From the NCBI GenBank assembly GCA_944386385.1, contig CALXAV010000001.1, forward strand, positions 48,910-112,909: a stretch of 64,000 nucleotides of DNA. Reading direction: 5' to 3'. The notes beneath the pieces were generated by a model. It was not told the DNA's origin. It searched no databases and was given only the letters and a program-made list of their open reading frames with translations. Positions 61,199-64,000 of this stretch are shown here, one piece after another (position 1 is the stretch's first letter; each line of letters begins with the position of its first letter). The stretch comes from an uncultured Clostridia bacterium. GTDB taxonomy: Bacteria > Bacillota > Clostridia > TANB77 > CAG-508. A program made the translations under genes and the position numbers.

Positions 61199-61543
61199 CT
61201 ATTTTATTCTATTTTTATTTTTCTTTATTTTTAAGTCATATAATTTTTTATATACTTTTGAAATATCCTTAAATGATTTTGGATTATCTATTAATTTTTT
61301 TATTTCACTTGGATAGAAATTTCCAAATACTAAATCATAAATACCTAATTTCAAGGCAATCTTTACTTTTTCTTTTTCATCCTTTTCACTTGTAAACAAG
61401 AGTATAACTCTAATATTTAGCTCTCGAAGTAAAAATAAATACGTTTCAAATCTTTCTTCTTCTATCTCTTGAGCAGCTAAAATTGCTGTTTGATTTTCAA
61501 ACTTTTCATTTTCTATAATGAAATCTAAATAACTAATTGCCAT
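61199..61543 (-). CDS. hypothetical protein
   Basis: 114 aa; no recognised motif. Confidence 0.4.
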   Translation of the reverse strand: MAISYLDFIIENEKFENQTAILAAQEIEEERFETYLFLLRELNIRVILLFTSEKDEKEKVKIALKLGIYDLVFGNFYPSEIKKLIDNPKSFKDISKVYKKLYDLKIKKNKNRIK

Positions 61544-61609
61544 ACTTCCGTTTTATTTCTTCTTCTAGAATTTTATCTATTTCATGTTTTCCTGTATAAA
61601 TGATAACCA

Positions 61610-62384
61610 TTAAATAATACCTCCTTTTTCTTCTTCTAAAGCATCTTTTAAATATTCTTCTGGATCTACTAATTTGCCATTTTCTCTTAATGTAAAATGG
61701 CAATGACAACCTGTTGTAGCACCATTTGTTGTTTTACCACTTGAATCTTTATATGGATTATTTGCTGGACCATCTACATATTTTGGTCCTACTGTTCCTA
61801 TTACTTCACCTTGTACTACCTTTTGTCCTGGTTCTACTATAAACTCTGGACTTGAATGACAATAACTAAATTCATATACACCATCTGTACTTTCTATTGT
61901 TATTGTATAACCTCCAGCTCCTCCCCATCCAGTAGATACAACTGTTCCATCCATGATAGATATAATTTCCGTTCCTTCTGGTGCTGGAATATCAATACCA
62001 GAATGCGAAGTTGATGCACCGTGATGTTGGAGCATCTCTTTTTCCAAAATGACTGCTTATATATGTATGACCAGGCACTGGCCACCTTGAATCAATGGTC
62101 TTTTTAAATAGACCAGATAAAAAATCAGCTACACTATCAAAAAAAGTAGTTGTATCTTCTTCTGTATATTCTTCAGCTGTATAATACTTTAATTCTTCTT
62201 TAAAATTAGATTCTTCTTCATTATTAACACCAATATAGAAAATGTCTGTAATATAGCATACTAACCAAATAAGAATGGTAATCAAAATAATAGGTATTAT
62301 AAATGGTTGTATAATAACAAAACCTACCTTTAATATTTTCTTTTTTAATTTACCCTTTACATGCTCTTTAACCATTTTTATCAT
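61610..62384 (-). pseudogene. M23 family metallopeptidase (cell-wall hydrolase of conjugation apparatus), frameshifted
   Basis: 61992..62384 has TM + start of M23 domain (WPVPGHTYISSHFGKRDAP); 61610..62047 has HSGIDIPAPEGTEI and H.S motifs in another frame. Confidence 0.55.
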
Positions 62385-63858
62385 CCATTTCTATATGAGT
62401 TGTTGTTGTATTGGCTATATCCTTTTTTCTTTTATTGTCATATCGACTTCGATTATTTTTGTTATAACGTCTATCAGTATTAAAATTTCTTCCCTCTGCC
62501 ATATACATACCTGTATTCATAAATGCTTTTCCTACCTTTGTTGCTTTTTTTCTGAAAGGTTCACTTCTTTCATTTATTGGTTTTGAATTATTCTTTTTAT
62601 TGTTTTGGTCTACTTTATTTGTATTCGCCACATTTGTTTCAATTGGTTTTGTTTTTACTGGTTGAGTTTTTGCTATATTTGTTTGAACTGGATTTGTATT
62701 TGTAGGTGTTTCTTTATTTCCAATTACAGATGTCTTATTTAAGAAACTTGCAAGTAATCCAGATGAGTTTCCATCTCCATTATTTCCAGAATTTTTAAAT
62801 TGATATGTAAATGCTTTTATTGTATAACCCATATTAGATGCCATACCAATTCCTCTTTGTGCTATTTCTTCAGAAGGTACTCCTGCAATTCTAGATATCA
62901 AATTATGGAATACATTTAACAATGCTTCAGCTAGAGGTAATATCATTAATGCCCATATTAAACTTACTGCCCATCCTCCTGATACTGGTAGAAAGTTTAA
63001 ATATACTAAAAATAAAAAAGCATATACAAATTGCATAAAAGCATTAACTAGTATTTCTCCAAACCAAAGTGAAGCCCCTATCGCTCTTCTGTTCATAATC
63101 CAAAGTGTGGCTACTATTGGCGTAAATATTGTAAATACTAATAAAGTAAAATGCCTTATCATGAATTTAATATTTAGCTTGACAAAAAGATATGCAAACA
63201 TACAAATTACAAGTGCAGTTAATATAGCATTTCCAGTTCTTATATTAGAAAGAATAGAATTGCCTAGTAAATCATTAAGACTTCCACCATTTGATTGTAA
63301 AACTAATATTTTTACAAGATTATTGTTTAAATAAAGCACTAATTTAACAAAAAGTGGTGCTAATGCAATTGCTACTGCTCCAAAAAATAATCTTAAAATA
63401 TTATCTTTTGCCTCATTTCTTTTTTCTATGTTAAATCCACCAATAATGATTTTATATGCAAGTACAATAACTGCAATAAAAATTGGAACAGTCACAATCG
63501 TAGTTATGATTTTATACCAGTCCATAACTTTGCTCCATTGTTCATCAGTAAAAGGTGCTATATCATTATTGGTATTTCCAAAGATAAGTTCATCATATTC
63601 TTTAAAACCAACACCTAATTCTTCATTAGTAGTTAAACTAAATACACCCTCTGCAATTCCACCAAGCATCTTTGCAATTATCTTTTCAAATAGTCCTCCA
63701 TCATCTGCATCTATTGTTTGTTCTATGGAACTTGATTCTTCATCTGTATCATCATCAAAAAAACTTGCCTCTACGTTAGTCGCCGTCGCTAAAAAAACAA
63801 GTATAATTAACACTATACTTGTTAAGAACTTTTTTAATTTCAAACACTTCACCACCAT
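62368..63858 (-). CDS. VirB6/TrbL-like polytopic membrane protein of conjugative T4SS with Asn/Thr-rich C-terminal tail
   Basis: 496 aa; signal/TM then ~6 TM core, low-complexity basic C-terminus; position matches Tn916 orf15 / VirB6 analogs. Confidence 0.45.
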   Translation of the reverse strand: MVVKCLKLKKFLTSIVLIILVFLATATNVEASFFDDDTDEESSSIEQTIDADDGGLFEKIIAKMLGGIAEGVFSLTTNEELGVGFKEYDELIFGNTNNDIAPFTDEQWSKVMDWYKIITTIVTVPIFIAVIVLAYKIIIGGFNIEKRNEAKDNILRLFFGAVAIALAPLFVKLVLYLNNNLVKILVLQSNGGSLNDLLGNSILSNIRTGNAILTALVICMFAYLFVKLNIKFMIRHFTLLVFTIFTPIVATLWIMNRRAIGASLWFGEILVNAFMQFVYAFLFLVYLNFLPVSGGWAVSLIWALMILPLAEALLNVFHNLISRIAGVPSEEIAQRGIGMASNMGYTIKAFTYQFKNSGNNGDGNSSGLLASFLNKTSVIGNKETPTNTNPVQTNIAKTQPVKTKPIETNVANTNKVDQNNKKNNSKPINERSEPFRKKATKVGKAFMNTGMYMAEGRNFNTDRRYNKNNRSRYDNKRKKDIANTTTTHIEMDDKNG

Positions 63859-63860
63859 TT

Positions 63861-64000
63861 CTATAACTTAATGATATCTTTTTCTCTTTCTAGCATTTCT
63901 ATTGATACTGCTGAAACTGTACCTCCTCTATTTAAAAGTGCTTCTCCTGGCTGACATTTAAGTAAAAAATCTCTTGTTCCATCTGCTAATTTAAAATGTT
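63861..64000 (-). CDS. partial CDS (3' end only; gene continues beyond window), possibly VirB4-like ATPase C-terminus
   Basis: open frame to window edge encoding ..HFKLADGTRDFLLKCQPGEALLNRGGTVSAVSIEMLEREKDIIKL-stop. Confidence 0.3.
   Translation of the reverse strand, partial: HFKLADGTRDFLLKCQPGEALLNRGGTVSAVSIEMLEREKDIIKL

Larger units (their letters stand above)
51173..64000. mobile_element. decayed integrative/conjugative element (ICE or integrated conjugative plasmid) segment; left boundary uncertain, right end beyond window
   Basis: clustering of T4CP, VirB6-like, M23 hydrolase, SpoVG, sortase + LPXTG adhesin, several pseudogenised; no integrase seen in window. Confidence 0.45.

Noticed and set aside
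61900-62085. ORF 61900..62085 (minus) inside the M23 peptidase region
   Set aside because: Third frame across the frameshift site of the M23 pseudogene. No independent support.
1-64000. Search for CRISPR arrays, tRNA or rRNA genes
   Set aside because: No regularly spaced direct repeats with unique spacers. No cloverleaf-compatible GC-rich 75-nt islands. No rRNA-like GC-rich stretches were seen in the window.

Overview
This is an AT-rich (~27% GC) window from a low-GC Firmicutes, most likely a Clostridium-type chromosome. Nearly all genes lie on the minus strand.

Positions 1-45,900 form an accessory island rich in sensing and efflux modules:
- a RelE/Phd toxin-antitoxin pair;
- six two-component systems, three of which are wired to ABC exporters: two BceRS-BceAB-type modules, one of them with a downstream yxeA homologue, and an ABC-2 exporter flanked by its own response regulator and kinase;
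- a VanZ-containing two-component system upstream of MacB/FtsX-type permeases;
- an SdpR/SdpI-like pair with an ABC exporter;
- an AraC-linked heterodimeric ABC exporter;
- a ZIP metal transporter, gpmA, a monofunctional transglycosylase, GNAT acetyltransferases and two tandem C26 amidotransferase paralogs.

A BceR-type operator (TNACA-N4-TGTAA palindrome) recurs five times, including upstream of an unexpected membrane-protein gene.

Positions 45,900-53,300 hold uncharacterised genes:
- a three-gene operon with a 593-aa charged protein;
- a self-contained small gene;
- a tandem pair of diverged small-protein cassettes with near-identical flanks.

Positions 53,300-64,000 are a decayed conjugative element: a VirD4-type coupling protein split into three frames, a frameshifted M23 hydrolase, a SpoVG homologue, a sortase, a disrupted and truncated thioester-domain LPXTG adhesin, and a VirB6-like membrane protein.

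No rRNA, tRNA or CRISPR was seen. All calls rest on motif recognition by eye, not database searches.
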